DNA from: Terriglobia bacterium
Lineage (GTDB): Bacteria; Acidobacteriota; Polarisedimenticolia; Polarisedimenticolales; JAIQFR01
Length of the DNA stretch: 64,000 bases
Direction: 5' to 3'
Assembly (NCBI GenBank): GCA_963748015.1
Contig: CAVVHE010000004.1
Span: 2,157,322-2,221,321 of the forward strand
In this document: piece after piece, positions 44,656 through 55,500 of the stretch
Position numbering within the stretch: the stretch's first letter is position 1
Layout of the letters: each line of letters begins with the position of its first letter
The notes under the pieces: generated by a model
Databases searched by the model: none
The model's input: only the letters and a program-made list of their open reading frames with translations
Told to the model about the DNA's origin: nothing
Made by a program: the position numbers and the translations under genes

Positions 44656-46230
44656 TCAGAACCGCCAGCTCACGTTCGCATAGTACTGGTCGTTGTCCTC
44701 GCCGGCGCCGCGGTTCCGGTCCGCGGTGAGGGAGATCAGCCAGCGACGGCCGGCGTAGGCATCCCACTCCACGCCGAACCAGTTGAGGTTCCCCTCGGGC
44801 ACCCAGAGGGTGGCGCCGTTCTCGATCCGCACCCCGCCGTGGAGCTCGAGACGCGTCCAGTCCGCGAGGTCGGCCGAGAGCGAGAGGGAGTGGAGCCATC
44901 CCTCGACGGACTCGCTGCGGTAGCTCGTACTCCGCGCCCGGGCGCCGAGTCCGAAGCGAGTGTACCCGACGACGCCGAGGGTTCCGGTGTAGGAGTCCGC
45001 GGCTCCCGCGGTGCCGCCCTGGCTCCGGCGCCCGTCGGCGCCCCAGAGAACGTGCCGTCCCACCCGCCCCTCGAGCCCCGCCCAGTAACCCTGGCGATAC
45101 GCGTCGTCGAAGTCCGTCTCGGGGGTCTCGACGTCACGGTAGAGGCGAACGCTGCGGCGGTCGTCGTAGCCGCCGCGGATCGACAGCGCCTCTCCGAATC
45201 GGTAGCGCAGCGACGCGAACGTGCTCGTCGAGGTGAACGTGCTGCCGTTCTCCGCCGTCTTGCGCCAGCCGCGGTTGTAGTCGACCTCCTGCGCGAGCCA
45301 CGCCGAGAGCTTACGGTCGTCGTAGCGCCCCTGAAGGAAGACGAAGTCACGGTTGATCTCCCCGTTCTGCGACGACGAGACCGCCCCCGCGGTGACCGCC
45401 CACCGCCGCTCCGCGGCGGCGGCGTTGCCGTACTCGTAGAACGCGCCGAAGTCCCGGACGTCGTTCGAGTAGCTCCAGTGGACCGGATCGGGCTCCGTGC
45501 CGATCATCCCGCCGACCGCCCACCTCTCTTTCCGGTACTCCGCGTACCCTCCGTCGAACAGGCTCATCACCGAAAGCGACGGGACGAACTGCCGCCCCAG
45601 CCCGAACCGGAACGCGTCGCCGGGCCTGCCGTACGTCGCGGCGAGGCGGTAGACGCGGTTCCGGTCCTCGGAATCGGTGTTCCCGCTCGCGTCGGTCCGG
45701 TAGGTCCGCCTCGCGCGGACGTCCACGTCGAGGCCGACCGGGGAGCCGCCGAGCTCGTGGCCGTTGAGCCTCAGGTCGAGAGCCGGCTGCCGGTAGCCGC
45801 CCTCGATGTCCCCCGTTCGCCGGACGTAGAGGTAACGAAGACCGACGCGCCCTCCGAGACCAAACGGCCGGGAGTCGCGCGCCGGCTTCGACGACGTCGA
45901 CGCAGACGGCGCGGCCGACGGATCGGGGGACGCCGCGGCCGACGCGGGTGCGAGGCGGACCGAATCGCCTACCCGGACCTCGCCGTCGGTCGTCTCGGCC
46001 GCGCAGCGTGACCGGTGCGCCGTCACCTCGGCGACGCGAAGCGTCGCGACCGGCGCGCCGGCGCGCACGACCTCGAGCCGGTCGCCCGGGCCGAACCCTT
46101 CCTCGGCCCCCGAGCCGACGTACACCGAATCCCCCGCGACGTAGGTGACCTGGAGCGCCGGCACCTCGGCCGCCCACGCGAGGGAAGGAACCGCGAGCAG
46201 CAGCGAGAGAACGAACGATCGTGTCTTCAT
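44656..46230 (-). CDS. outer-membrane beta-barrel (porin) of a porin-cytochrome cluster
   Basis: Signal peptide MKTRSFVLSLLL; alternating beta-strand pattern; terminal SWRF; downstream of multiheme cytochromes. Confidence 0.78.
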   Translation of the reverse strand: MKTRSFVLSLLLAVPSLAWAAEVPALQVTYVAGDSVYVGSGAEEGFGPGDRLEVVRAGAPVATLRVAEVTAHRSRCAAETTDGEVRVGDSVRLAPASAAASPDPSAAPSASTSSKPARDSRPFGLGGRVGLRYLYVRRTGDIEGGYRQPALDLRLNGHELGGSPVGLDVDVRARRTYRTDASGNTDSEDRNRVYRLAATYGRPGDAFRFGLGRQFVPSLSVMSLFDGGYAEYRKERWAVGGMIGTEPDPVHWSYSNDVRDFGAFYEYGNAAAAERRWAVTAGAVSSSQNGEINRDFVFLQGRYDDRKLSAWLAQEVDYNRGWRKTAENGSTFTSTSTFASLRYRFGEALSIRGGYDDRRSVRLYRDVETPETDFDDAYRQGYWAGLEGRVGRHVLWGADGRRSQGGTAGAADSYTGTLGVVGYTRFGLGARARSTSYRSESVEGWLHSLSLSADLADWTRLELHGGVRIENGATLWVPEGNLNWFGVEWDAYAGRRWLISLTADRNRGAGEDNDQYYANVSWRF

Positions 46231-46232
46231 GG

Positions 46233-47768
46233 TCAGTTCCCCGCACTGCCGCGCGGATGACAGGAGTAGCACGCTGCGCTGTCGTAGCGATACCCCGACA
46301 CGTCCGTATGCCTCGGGTCCGTGTCCGCCTGCGAATGACATCTGAAGCAACTGAACACGCTGTAGTTGGACGAGTTCGTGTGGCAGTCGGAGCAGTTCGT
46401 CCACCGGCCGTTGTGATTGCCGGAATAGATCGGGAAGTACGAGGCGTCGTGCTGGGTGTATCTCGCCCCCGCGAAGGTCGTCGTGTTGTGGCACAGCGTG
46501 CAGTCGGTGGAGAACCCGGCCGTGGAGTGCTTCGGGTCCGTCGTGCCGTCGTAGGCCGGCTTGTGACACGAGTAGCACGCGGTCGATTTCCCGTTGTAGA
46601 CGCCGTCGGCGTGGCAGGCGGAGCAGGGCTGGCCGACGTGGGCGCCGGTGAGCGGGAAGGACGTGGCGGAATGGTTGAACGTCGCCCCCGCCCACGATGC
46701 CGTCGTGTGGCAGAGCGAGCAATCCTGCGGAAAGCTCGCCTGTGCGTGGTTCGGGTCCGTGGTCCCGTTGTAATCGGCCTGGTGGCACGAGTAGCACGCG
46801 GTGGATTTCCCCTGGTAGACGCCGTCGGCGTGGCAGGCGGAGCAGGGCTGGCCGACGTGGGCGCCGGTGAGCGGGAAGGACGTGGCGGAATGGTTGAACG
46901 TCGCCCCCGCCCACGACGTGGTCGAGTGACAGAGCGAGCAATTCTGCGGGAAGCTCAGCTGGACGTGGTTCGGATCGGTCGTGCCCTGATAGTCCTGGGC
47001 GTGGCACGAGTAGCAGTCTGGCGAGAGGTTCGGGTTGAAAGGAGTGCCGTGGCAACTCGCGCAGTCGAGCGACGCGTGGGCGCCCGTGAGCGGGAACCCG
47101 GTCGCGGCGTGGTTGATGCTGCCGCCCTTGAAGCTGACCGTGTTGTGGCACTGGCCGCAGTCCCGCGAGTAGCTCGCCTCGACGTGGCTCTGGGGCCGCT
47201 GCGTGGCCGTCTTGAACGTGGGGTTGTCGTGGCACGACGCGCAGTCCGACGGGAGGCCGACGTACCGGAGCTGCCCCTGCGCGCGCTCGAGGTGGCACTG
47301 GTCGCAGTCCGCCGCCGCGTGCGAGCCCGTCAAGGGGAAGCGCGTCGTGTGGTGGAGCCGGGCCATCGACGCGCGGTCGATGAAGCTCCGCGGCGTGTGG
47401 CAGCGGCCGCAGTCCTGCCCGAACTCCCCGCGGTGGACGTCCTGGTGGCAGCCGACGCAATCCGCCCTTGCCTTCGTGAACTCCAGGGTCTTGTGACACG
47501 CCCTGCACGCGGCCGTCTTGTGCGCCCCCTGCAGGCCGAAGTACTTCCCGTGGTCGAATTCCTTCGTGGGACGGGCCGGAATCCACTTCGCCTCGTCGTG
47601 GCAGAGCGCGCAGTCCCCCTGCCACTCGCCGTGCGGATAAGGCCTCGACGCGGGGTCGCTTCCCTGCGCGAGTGCTACGGGTGCAGCGAGCGAGACGCCG
47701 AGCGCGAGCCCCAGGACGATAGGGGCGAGCCTCCCTCCTCCTCCGGAAACGCCTGTTGCGAAGCTCAC
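46233..47768 (-). CDS. multiheme c-type cytochrome, 19 CxxCH
   Basis: GTGA overlap; signal peptide; 19 CxxCH counted; FPLTGAH repeats. Confidence 0.92.
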   Translation of the reverse strand: MSFATGVSGGGGRLAPIVLGLALGVSLAAPVALAQGSDPASRPYPHGEWQGDCALCHDEAKWIPARPTKEFDHGKYFGLQGAHKTAACRACHKTLEFTKARADCVGCHQDVHRGEFGQDCGRCHTPRSFIDRASMARLHHTTRFPLTGSHAAADCDQCHLERAQGQLRYVGLPSDCASCHDNPTFKTATQRPQSHVEASYSRDCGQCHNTVSFKGGSINHAATGFPLTGAHASLDCASCHGTPFNPNLSPDCYSCHAQDYQGTTDPNHVQLSFPQNCSLCHSTTSWAGATFNHSATSFPLTGAHVGQPCSACHADGVYQGKSTACYSCHQADYNGTTDPNHAQASFPQDCSLCHTTASWAGATFNHSATSFPLTGAHVGQPCSACHADGVYNGKSTACYSCHKPAYDGTTDPKHSTAGFSTDCTLCHNTTTFAGARYTQHDASYFPIYSGNHNGRWTNCSDCHTNSSNYSVFSCFRCHSQADTDPRHTDVSGYRYDSAACYSCHPRGSAGN

Positions 47769-49735
47769 TTTCCCCCTCCTGTCTTGCCGCCCTTCGCCCC
47801 GTGGCAGGCGTCGCATCGGCGCGGCGTCGGCTTGAAGATGATCCGGGAGACCCCGTTGGTCAAGATCTCGGCCAGGTGGCAACGGGCGCACGGTACGCGG
47901 AGGTGCTCCCCCTTCAGTGGGAAAGCCGTGTCCCGCGAGTGATCGAAGCGGGAAGCCGGGCGGAAGGCCTCCTCGTCGTGGCACGAAGCGCACGCGCCGC
48001 GGTCCGGGCGGGATGCGAACTGCCCGCCGTGAGGATCGGCGTGGCACTCCTCGCACGCGCGCCTCGGGTCGCGGAACGGCAGGCTCCTCGGGGCTCCCGC
48101 CTCCGCCGCCGGGGCGCCGAGGTCGCGGTGGCACTTCGCGCACGCGGCTTTCCGGTGCGCTCCCCGCAGCGGGAAGGCCGAGGCGTCGTGGCGCGCCGTG
48201 TCGAACCGCGCGGGCTTGAACGACGACGCGTCGTGGCACTCGGAGCAGCGCGCGGCGCCGAACTTCCCCTCGTGCGGGTCGCGGTGGCAGGACGCGCACT
48301 CGCGCGCCGGGCGCACGATCACCCCCGCTTTTCCGAGCGCCGCGGGCACGGCAAGCTCTCCGGCCTTCGGCCGGTGGCAGCCGGCGCAAGGGGCGGTCGC
48401 GTGCTTGCCCTCGAGAGGGAACGGGAGCGCGGCGTGGGCCGCCACCGTGATCGTGGACGGCTTGAAACCCTCGAGCGCGTGGCAGCGCGCGCAATCGACC
48501 CCGACCGTTCCGGGCTGGCCGGAGTGAGCGTCGGCGTGACAATCCGCGCAGCGGACGGAAGCCGGGCGCAGGAGCACCCCCGCGCGCCCCGGCCCGCGCC
48601 CGCCGGCCGGATGGCACGCGCGGCAGGCGACCGATAGGTGCTTTCCGGCGAGGGGATAGGCCGACAGGCGGTGGCGCTCCACGGTGAACGTGCTGGGCGC
48701 GTACCCGTCGAGGCCGTGGCACTCGCCGCAGTCGGCCGGCTTTCCGCCGAGGGTCGCGGTGCCCGCGTGGGCGTCCGCGTGGCACGCGCCGCACCGGTCG
48801 TGCGGCGGAGAGGCGATCCACGCGGCGGCCGGAGCGGCGTGGCAACGCGCGCAGGCGACCGCGGCATGCTTCCCGCGGAGAGGGTACTTCGTCCGGTTGT
48901 GGTCGAACGCCGAGGCGGCCACCTCGCGGAAGGTCCTCTCGTTGTGGCAGCGGGCGCAGTCGGTCCCGAGCCTTCCGGCGTGGGGATCGCGGTGGCAGTC
49001 GCCGCACGCGGCGTGGGGTACCGGCTTGAACAGCGGGTGCGTCTTCCCAGCGCGGTCGCGCGGCAGGTCGAGCCGCTCCGCGAGATGGCACTTCGCGCAC
49101 GGCGTCTCCGCGTGGCGGCCGCCCAGCGGGAACGCGGTCTTCGCGTGGTCGAACTTGGGGACCTTGAAGGAGGACGCGGCGTGGCAGCGGGCGCAGTCCT
49201 GTCCCAGCGCGCCGCGGTGAATGTCCTCGTGGCACGACGCGCAAGCGGGCTCGAGGCCGACGAATCGCGCCCCCTCCCCCCGGCCGGGAGCGAGGGACGC
49301 CGCGCGGCCGGCGCGGAAGGCCTTCTTCTCGTGACAGTCTCGGCAGCGCAGCTTCGCGTGAGCCCCCTCGAGCGCGAACCCCGCCAGCCGGTGGTCGAAC
49401 GCCTCGCGGCGTCCGCCCGGCCAGGACACGAGATCGAAGCCGGTCCCGCCGTGCTCCGGATGGCACTTCGCGCAGTCCTTCGAAGCCTCGCGCCCGTGAT
49501 AACCGCGGCGCTCCCCGACGAGGTAGCCGATCTCGCGATGGCACGCGACGCAGCGCTCGTCCATCGCCCCCGCGTGCCGGGAGCCGTGGCAGTCGAGGCA
49601 GTGGGAGTTGCCCTCGAGCGAGGCGTGGGCGCGGGAGAGAGGCCCCGGGGAAACCTGCGCGGCAGCGGGCATCGCCGGCAGGAGCGCCGCGAGGAGGATC
49701 GCGGCCCGGCCGAGGGCCCGGCACCTATCATCCAT
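47765..49735 (-). CDS. multiheme c-type cytochrome, 23 CxxCH
   Basis: Signal peptide then QVSPGPLSRAH; 23 CxxCH counted; FPLxGxH repeats. Confidence 0.93.
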   Translation of the reverse strand: MDDRCRALGRAAILLAALLPAMPAAAQVSPGPLSRAHASLEGNSHCLDCHGSRHAGAMDERCVACHREIGYLVGERRGYHGREASKDCAKCHPEHGGTGFDLVSWPGGRREAFDHRLAGFALEGAHAKLRCRDCHEKKAFRAGRAASLAPGRGEGARFVGLEPACASCHEDIHRGALGQDCARCHAASSFKVPKFDHAKTAFPLGGRHAETPCAKCHLAERLDLPRDRAGKTHPLFKPVPHAACGDCHRDPHAGRLGTDCARCHNERTFREVAASAFDHNRTKYPLRGKHAAVACARCHAAPAAAWIASPPHDRCGACHADAHAGTATLGGKPADCGECHGLDGYAPSTFTVERHRLSAYPLAGKHLSVACRACHPAGGRGPGRAGVLLRPASVRCADCHADAHSGQPGTVGVDCARCHALEGFKPSTITVAAHAALPFPLEGKHATAPCAGCHRPKAGELAVPAALGKAGVIVRPARECASCHRDPHEGKFGAARCSECHDASSFKPARFDTARHDASAFPLRGAHRKAACAKCHRDLGAPAAEAGAPRSLPFRDPRRACEECHADPHGGQFASRPDRGACASCHDEEAFRPASRFDHSRDTAFPLKGEHLRVPCARCHLAEILTNGVSRIIFKPTPRRCDACHGAKGGKTGGGK

Positions 49736-51155
49736 ACAGGTTCTCCGCCGAGACGATCGCGACGGACTTGCGGACGATGCGCACGCCGGCCCGCTCGAGC
49801 ATGGGCGTCGCCGGCTCGCCGCCGACGCGGATCACCACGTCGTCGTTCGCGATGTCGAGCGGCTGGCCTTCCACCTCGAGCTTGACCTCCCGCGGGCCGA
49901 TCGCCAGGACGCGGCTCTTCGGGAGGATCCGGAGATTCGTGCCCTTCGCGGCCTCGCCCAGGAGCCGGAGGTTCCGATCCTTGACCCGGGGAAACGACTC
50001 GCCCCGGTGGCTGAGCGTCACCTCGGTGCCGCGCTGGCGGGCCAGCCCGATCACGGTCTCGATCGCGCTGTCGCCTCCGCCGACGACCAGGACCTTTCTC
50101 CCGGCGAACCCCTCCATCTCGGCGACGTCGTACACTACCTTCGAGAGATCCTCCCCCTCGACGTCGAGGCGCCTCGGCGTCCCGCGGCGCCCCAGCGCCA
50201 GTACGACCGTCCGGGACCGGAAGACCCCCCGCGGCGTCGCGACCTCGAACGCCTCGCTGCGCCGCGCGACGTCCGACACGCGGTGCGCTTCGAGCACCTC
50301 GAGCCCGGTACGCTCGACGATCGTCTTCCAGACGCCGAGGAGCGACTCCTTCGTGGTGTCGGCGACCCACAGCTCGCCGTAGAGCGGGACGTGGACCGGC
50401 TCGGCGAGGAGAACCTTCTGGCGAGGGTACTTTCGGATCGTGTCCGCGAGCGAGCCCTGCTCGAGAACGGCGTAGCGGAGGCCGCGGCGGTGCGCCTCGA
50501 GCCCGGCGGAGAGCCCCGCCGGCCCGGAACCGACCACGACGACGTCCAGGATCGCGGCGTCCCTACTCCCGACGAGGCAGGACGCGACGTGCTCCACCGC
50601 GAGCCGCCCCTCGTTGATCGCGTTCTTGATGAGACCGCGCCCGCCGAGCTCGCCGACGACGAAGAGCCCCGGGACGCTCGACTGGAAGTGCGCGTCGAGC
50701 TCCGGGACCTCGATGATCTCCGCGGCGCCCCCCACCCCGACGAAGACCGCGTTGGTCGGGCAGGCCTCCACGCACTGGCCGTGAGCCTCGCAGAGCGCGG
50801 CATCCACGAACGCGAGGCGGTTCCTGAGCACGATCGCGCCCGGGACCGGGCAGGCCGCCGCGCACCCGCCGCACCCCACGCACAGGTCGGCGCGAACGAT
50901 CGCGTGCCTCCGCCCTGCCGCATCGGCGGACGGCGGCGCGTCGGACGCGAGGCCGGCGGTCACGATCTCGTAGGCCTGCCGTGGAGCGCCGCAGGCGGGG
51001 CAGGTCTTCTCGCGCGACGGGAACGACGCCCCGCAGCGGGGACACGGCGAGATCTCGCCCGAGCTGCCGGCCTCCCCGCTTCGCTTCCGCAGGTGGAGCG
51101 CGACGAAGAGCGCCGTCACCAAGACGAAGACGACGACCGTGACGAGCGTGGTCAC
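49728..51155 (-). CDS. membrane-anchored 2[4Fe-4S] ferredoxin fused to thioredoxin-reductase-like FAD/NAD(P)H oxidoreductase
   Basis: N-terminal TM; CPRC/CPAC zinc ribbon; CVGCGGCAAACP and CEAHGQCVEACP; GSGPAG; VVGGGDSA. Confidence 0.85.
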   Translation of the reverse strand: MTTLVTVVVFVLVTALFVALHLRKRSGEAGSSGEISPCPRCGASFPSREKTCPACGAPRQAYEIVTAGLASDAPPSADAAGRRHAIVRADLCVGCGGCAAACPVPGAIVLRNRLAFVDAALCEAHGQCVEACPTNAVFVGVGGAAEIIEVPELDAHFQSSVPGLFVVGELGGRGLIKNAINEGRLAVEHVASCLVGSRDAAILDVVVVGSGPAGLSAGLEAHRRGLRYAVLEQGSLADTIRKYPRQKVLLAEPVHVPLYGELWVADTTKESLLGVWKTIVERTGLEVLEAHRVSDVARRSEAFEVATPRGVFRSRTVVLALGRRGTPRRLDVEGEDLSKVVYDVAEMEGFAGRKVLVVGGGDSAIETVIGLARQRGTEVTLSHRGESFPRVKDRNLRLLGEAAKGTNLRILPKSRVLAIGPREVKLEVEGQPLDIANDDVVIRVGGEPATPMLERAGVRIVRKSVAIVSAENLYG

Positions 51156-51162
51156 CGGAGGA

Positions 51163-52095
51163 TCACCAGAACCAGGTTTGCCCCACCGCGATCGCGACGA
51201 TCACGTGGGCGAGCACGGCAAGCAGCGCCGTCGCCGCGAACGGACGGTGGGCGGCGTGCCAGAGGCGGAAGACCCGCTGCGCGGCGTCCAGCATTCTCAC
51301 CTGCTGGCGGAGCGCCATCTCCCGGCGCGCGAGCCGGGCCACCTCGCGGAGCGTCCCCCGGTCGAGCTGCGCGGCCTGTGCGCCGGCGGCCGCGAGGCGG
51401 GCGACGAGGGCGCGAACCGTCTTCCGGCGGGCGAGGTCGTCGGAGAACATCATGACGATCGCCTGGAGCGGACCGCGCGACGCGTCCGGGGACGATCCGA
51501 CCGCGAGCGCCAGCTCGATCTCGTGGGGTGCCAACCCGGTGGCCTCGCTCAGCTTCCCGAGGAGCGCGCGCCTCTCGGCGCCGGCCTCCTCGCGGCTCAG
51601 CTCGACGCCGTCCCGGCTCCGCGGGATGCGAGTGTAGAGGTAGCGGCCGATCGTCCCCGAGAGGGCGACGACGGCCAGCGCCGCATAGCCGAGACCGATG
51701 AGCCCGGCGAATCTCCAGCCCGCGTGCGTGGCCGCCACGAACGGCACCAGGATCCCGGCGGCAATGTGGAAGTCGAGCCAGAGCGCCACGCTTCCCGCCC
51801 GGAGCTTCGCGCCGAGCCCTTTCCGCAACGGGTAGAGCCACAGGAACAAGAAGAGGAAGAGCGCGAGGATCCCGAGCGACTGCCCCACGACGCCCGAGGG
51901 CTTGAAGTAGGACCGGAGGGGATGCCGCAGGCGCATGGACGAGGAGGCCGCGTAGAAGCTCAGGCCGGCCGCGTTGACCGCGATCAGGGTCGCGACGACG
52001 AGAGTGAAGAGCGCACGCCGGGTGTATTCCGCCACCGGCACCGCCCGCGGCACCGTTTCGGCAAGAGGCTCCATCCGGCTTTCCACGCGCTCCAT
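51163..52095 (-). CDS. inner-membrane protein with conserved His, possibly a b-heme quinone/electron-transfer subunit
   Basis: TM helices with LDFHI, ATHAGW, WHAAH.PF, LAHV; first gene of the cytochrome operon. Confidence 0.7.
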   Translation of the reverse strand: MERVESRMEPLAETVPRAVPVAEYTRRALFTLVVATLIAVNAAGLSFYAASSSMRLRHPLRSYFKPSGVVGQSLGILALFLFLFLWLYPLRKGLGAKLRAGSVALWLDFHIAAGILVPFVAATHAGWRFAGLIGLGYAALAVVALSGTIGRYLYTRIPRSRDGVELSREEAGAERRALLGKLSEATGLAPHEIELALAVGSSPDASRGPLQAIVMMFSDDLARRKTVRALVARLAAAGAQAAQLDRGTLREVARLARREMALRQQVRMLDAAQRVFRLWHAAHRPFAATALLAVLAHVIVAIAVGQTWFW

Positions 52096-52160
52096 GCTCT
52101 CCCCTCGGCGCCCTGTTTCAGGTCGATCCCGGAAAACCCCCGGGAACTCGTCCTTTCGCT

Positions 52161-52176
52161 AGCAACCTCGGGGCCA
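52161..52176 (-). promoter_or_regulatory. sigma54 (-24/-12) promoter of the cytochrome operon
   Basis: Minus strand TGGCCCCGAGGTTGCT (GG-N10-GC) about 65 nt upstream of ATG 52095. Confidence 0.55.
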
Positions 52177-52524
52177 TCGCGCCGGCTGCGCCCAGGGATA
52201 CGTTCCTGCTATCGAGCGCACGCGATCGCGTACAAAATCGTTTTCCGACCGCACCGTTTTACCATGTTTCACCCACGCACAGAGAGCCGGGTCAACACAT
52301 CCCGACTTGGGGGTGGCCTCAGGCGAACGCGCGGCAGAAAAACACCCGTGGTTGTCGCGTTTCTCTCCGGACAGGGCTGCAAGATGTTGTTGCAGGTCCC
52401 ACTTGCCCGCCGTAAGTAGTCGCTGTTCCAGGAGGTAAGGGTCGTCCGGCCGGCAGGGGCGGATGCGGAGTGTCCTTCCGATTCGGAGGGTGGTGTGCTC
52501 TTTCGTCCATCCAGGGGGTCTGCC

Positions 52525-55500
52525 ATGAAGTTCGCGAGACTCCTCCTTGTCGTGCCCGCGATCTGCGCCGGCTTCGCGACGGCCTCCGTGGCAGCGGACG
52601 CCGCGACCGAGAGTTCGATCGCCCCGGCCGTCTCGGGGAAGAACGGCGCCCTGGTCGGCCACGTGGCCACCATCGAGGACAAGGACTCAGCGAAGCAAGA
52701 GACATCGCCTGCGCCGATCGGTCCGCTGGATGTCGGCGCGATCGCGAACTACGCGTTCTCGGCTTCGTCCGGGACCTTCACCCCGCTCGTCGGGGGAACG
52801 GTCGTGAACGGGCTCAACGCGGACGCGGCGTACGTCAACGGGATCCCGATCGGGTTCACCTTCTATTACATGGGCGTCGCGTACACGGCCGTGGCGGCCA
52901 GCTCGGACGGCTGGCTCTCGTTCGCCGCGGTCGGCTCGTCCTCGCTCACCAACGCCCTGTCCGCCGGACCGCCGCGCCTCGTGCTCGCGCCACTTTGGGA
53001 CGACCTGGACGGGGCGACCGCGGGCCAGGCGTCCTACCAGACGGCGGGCTCTGCCGGCAGCAGGGTCTTCACCTTCCAGTGGCTCAACTGGGAATGGAGC
53101 TACGCGGCCAACGCCGCCGTCCTCTCGTTCCAGGCGAAGCTGTACGAGGCGGACGGTCACATCGAGTTCGTGTACCGGCAGGACGCCGCGGGGGTCAACT
53201 CCGCGAGCGCCTCGATCGGCATCGCGGCGTCCGGCACCGGCAGCGGGAACTTCCTGTCGCTGAACGGCACCGGTGCCGGCCCCGCGGTCAGCTCCACGAC
53301 CGAGACCGCGACCCTGAGCGCGAAGCCCGCGACGGGACAGGTCTACGCGTTCACTCCCCCGGCCGCCCCGGCGGCGCCGGCCGACCTGACCTTCACGTCG
53401 GTGACGCAGACCGGCATGACCCTCAACTGGACGGACAATTCGTCGGGCGAGTCGGGCTTCTCGATCTACCGCTCGACGGACGGCACGAGCTACACGCTGG
53501 CGGGCACGGTGGGTGCCAACGCCACGACCTCGGCGCAGGCCGGGCTGCTCCCCGGCGTGACCTACCACTGGAGCGTCTACTCCTTCAGCGAGGGGGCGGC
53601 GCCGGCGGGCCCGGCGGCGGGCACCCAGGCGACGGCGGCCGCCGGCGAGATCTCGTGCGCGGGAGCCGGCGGGAACTGGAGTTCGACGGCCACGTGGAGC
53701 GGCGGCGCGCTGCCCACGGCAACCGACAACGTCACGATCGGCGACGGCTGCACGGTGACCATCGACGCCACGGCCACGGTCAACCGGCTGACGGTGGGCC
53801 AGGGGGCGTCGGGCGTCCTGCAGTTCGAGCCGACGACGGCGCGGACCCTGACCGTCGCCACCGGCGTGACGATCGCCGCGGGCGGGACGTTCCAGTCCGC
53901 CGCGAGCGGAACGACGACGATCCACCTCCTGTCGGTGGGAACCGACCTGACGAACGACGGCACCCTCGACTTCAGCACGAACGGCAACACGGCGGGCGCG
54001 GAGCTGCGATTCGTCGGCGCGGCCCTCAACACCTTCGGCGGCGCCGGCGCGGTCACCGACCTGAGGCTCCTTTCCCTCGGCAAGGGAGCGATCGGCAACG
54101 TGCTCGAGGTGACGATCCCCTTCACGGTTCGCGGCGCGGCGGCGGCTGACACGACGGGGTTCCTGAGCGGCAGCCCCTACACCGGCACGCTGAAGCTGTC
54201 CGGGACGGGGACGTACTCGTCGGTGGTGTTCCTCGCCGCGGGCTACTCGATCCCGGCAACCGGCGGCTTCTGGCTCGACAACCCGAACTTCACGGTCGCG
54301 GGCATGAACGGGTCGCCGATCTTGTCCGGGCTGCTGCGGATCTCGAGCGGGATCTTCAACATCGGGACGGCCACCGGGAACTCGATGGGATTCTCGAGCG
54401 GAAGCTCCGTCGTCATCGAGGGGGGCGCGGTCAACGCGGCCGGTCGTTTCGGCGTCGGCTCGTCCACGAGCGTCGTCGCGTACAGCCAGTCGAACGGCAC
54501 CGTGACGGTCTGTACGGCCGGGAACGCGTCCGCCGCGCTCGCGAGCTTCGACCTTGGGATCTCCGCGTCGTCGAGCTTCACGATGAGCGGCGGAGCCATC
54601 GTCCTCCAGCTCGCCGGCAGCGCCCTCTCGGGCCCTCGCGACTACCGGGCGGCCGTGGGCGGTTACAACGTGACCGGCGGTACGATCCGGTTCGGCAACG
54701 CCTCTTCCGGCGCGGCGAAGACGTTCTACGCGTCGGCCGGCAGCTCTACGGTGGCCTCGATCTTCCCGAACCTCGTGATCGGCAACGAGTCCGCCGGGCA
54801 CACGGTAAACCTCGCGACCGGCGGGCTGCTCGGCCTGACCGTGACGATCGCCCCGGCGACGACGCTGAACCTCAACGGGTTCACGCTCTACCTCTTGGGG
54901 TCGCTGACGAACGACGGGACGCTGAACGGGACCACGGCCGGCAGCACGCTCTACATGACGGGGTCGAGCGCGACGTCGTATTCCGGGGCGGGCGCCGTCG
55001 TGGCGCCCCTCGCGACGCTGAGCGTGGACAACCTGGCCGGCGTGACCCTGGACGCGCCGATGAAGATCACTCGCGCCAATCTCTTCCGGGGCTCCCTCCA
55101 CAACGGCTCGAACCTGACGATCGGAACGGGCGGAGCGTCCTCGGGCGTCACGCAGATCGGCGCCGCCGGCCTCGCGACGCCCGGCGGGTCCTACGCCGCG
55201 CCGCCGGCGTATGACGTCGGCAGCGGGGGGTACACGCTCCTCTACGCGCAGGAGAGCGTCGCGCGGACGACGGGCAACGAGGTGCCGCCGTCGCGGACCG
55301 CGCTCGCGATGACCCTCAACAACCCCAACGGACTCACCCTCTCCGGCGGCCCCCTGACGATCACCGGGGCGTCCGGCCTGACCCTGACGTCGGGCATCCT
55401 CAGCACCACGGCCACCGACGTTCTGACCCTCGGGCCCGGCGTGACCGCGTTCGCCACGGGATCGGCGACGAGCTTCGTCAAGGGGCCTTACGCGATCCAG

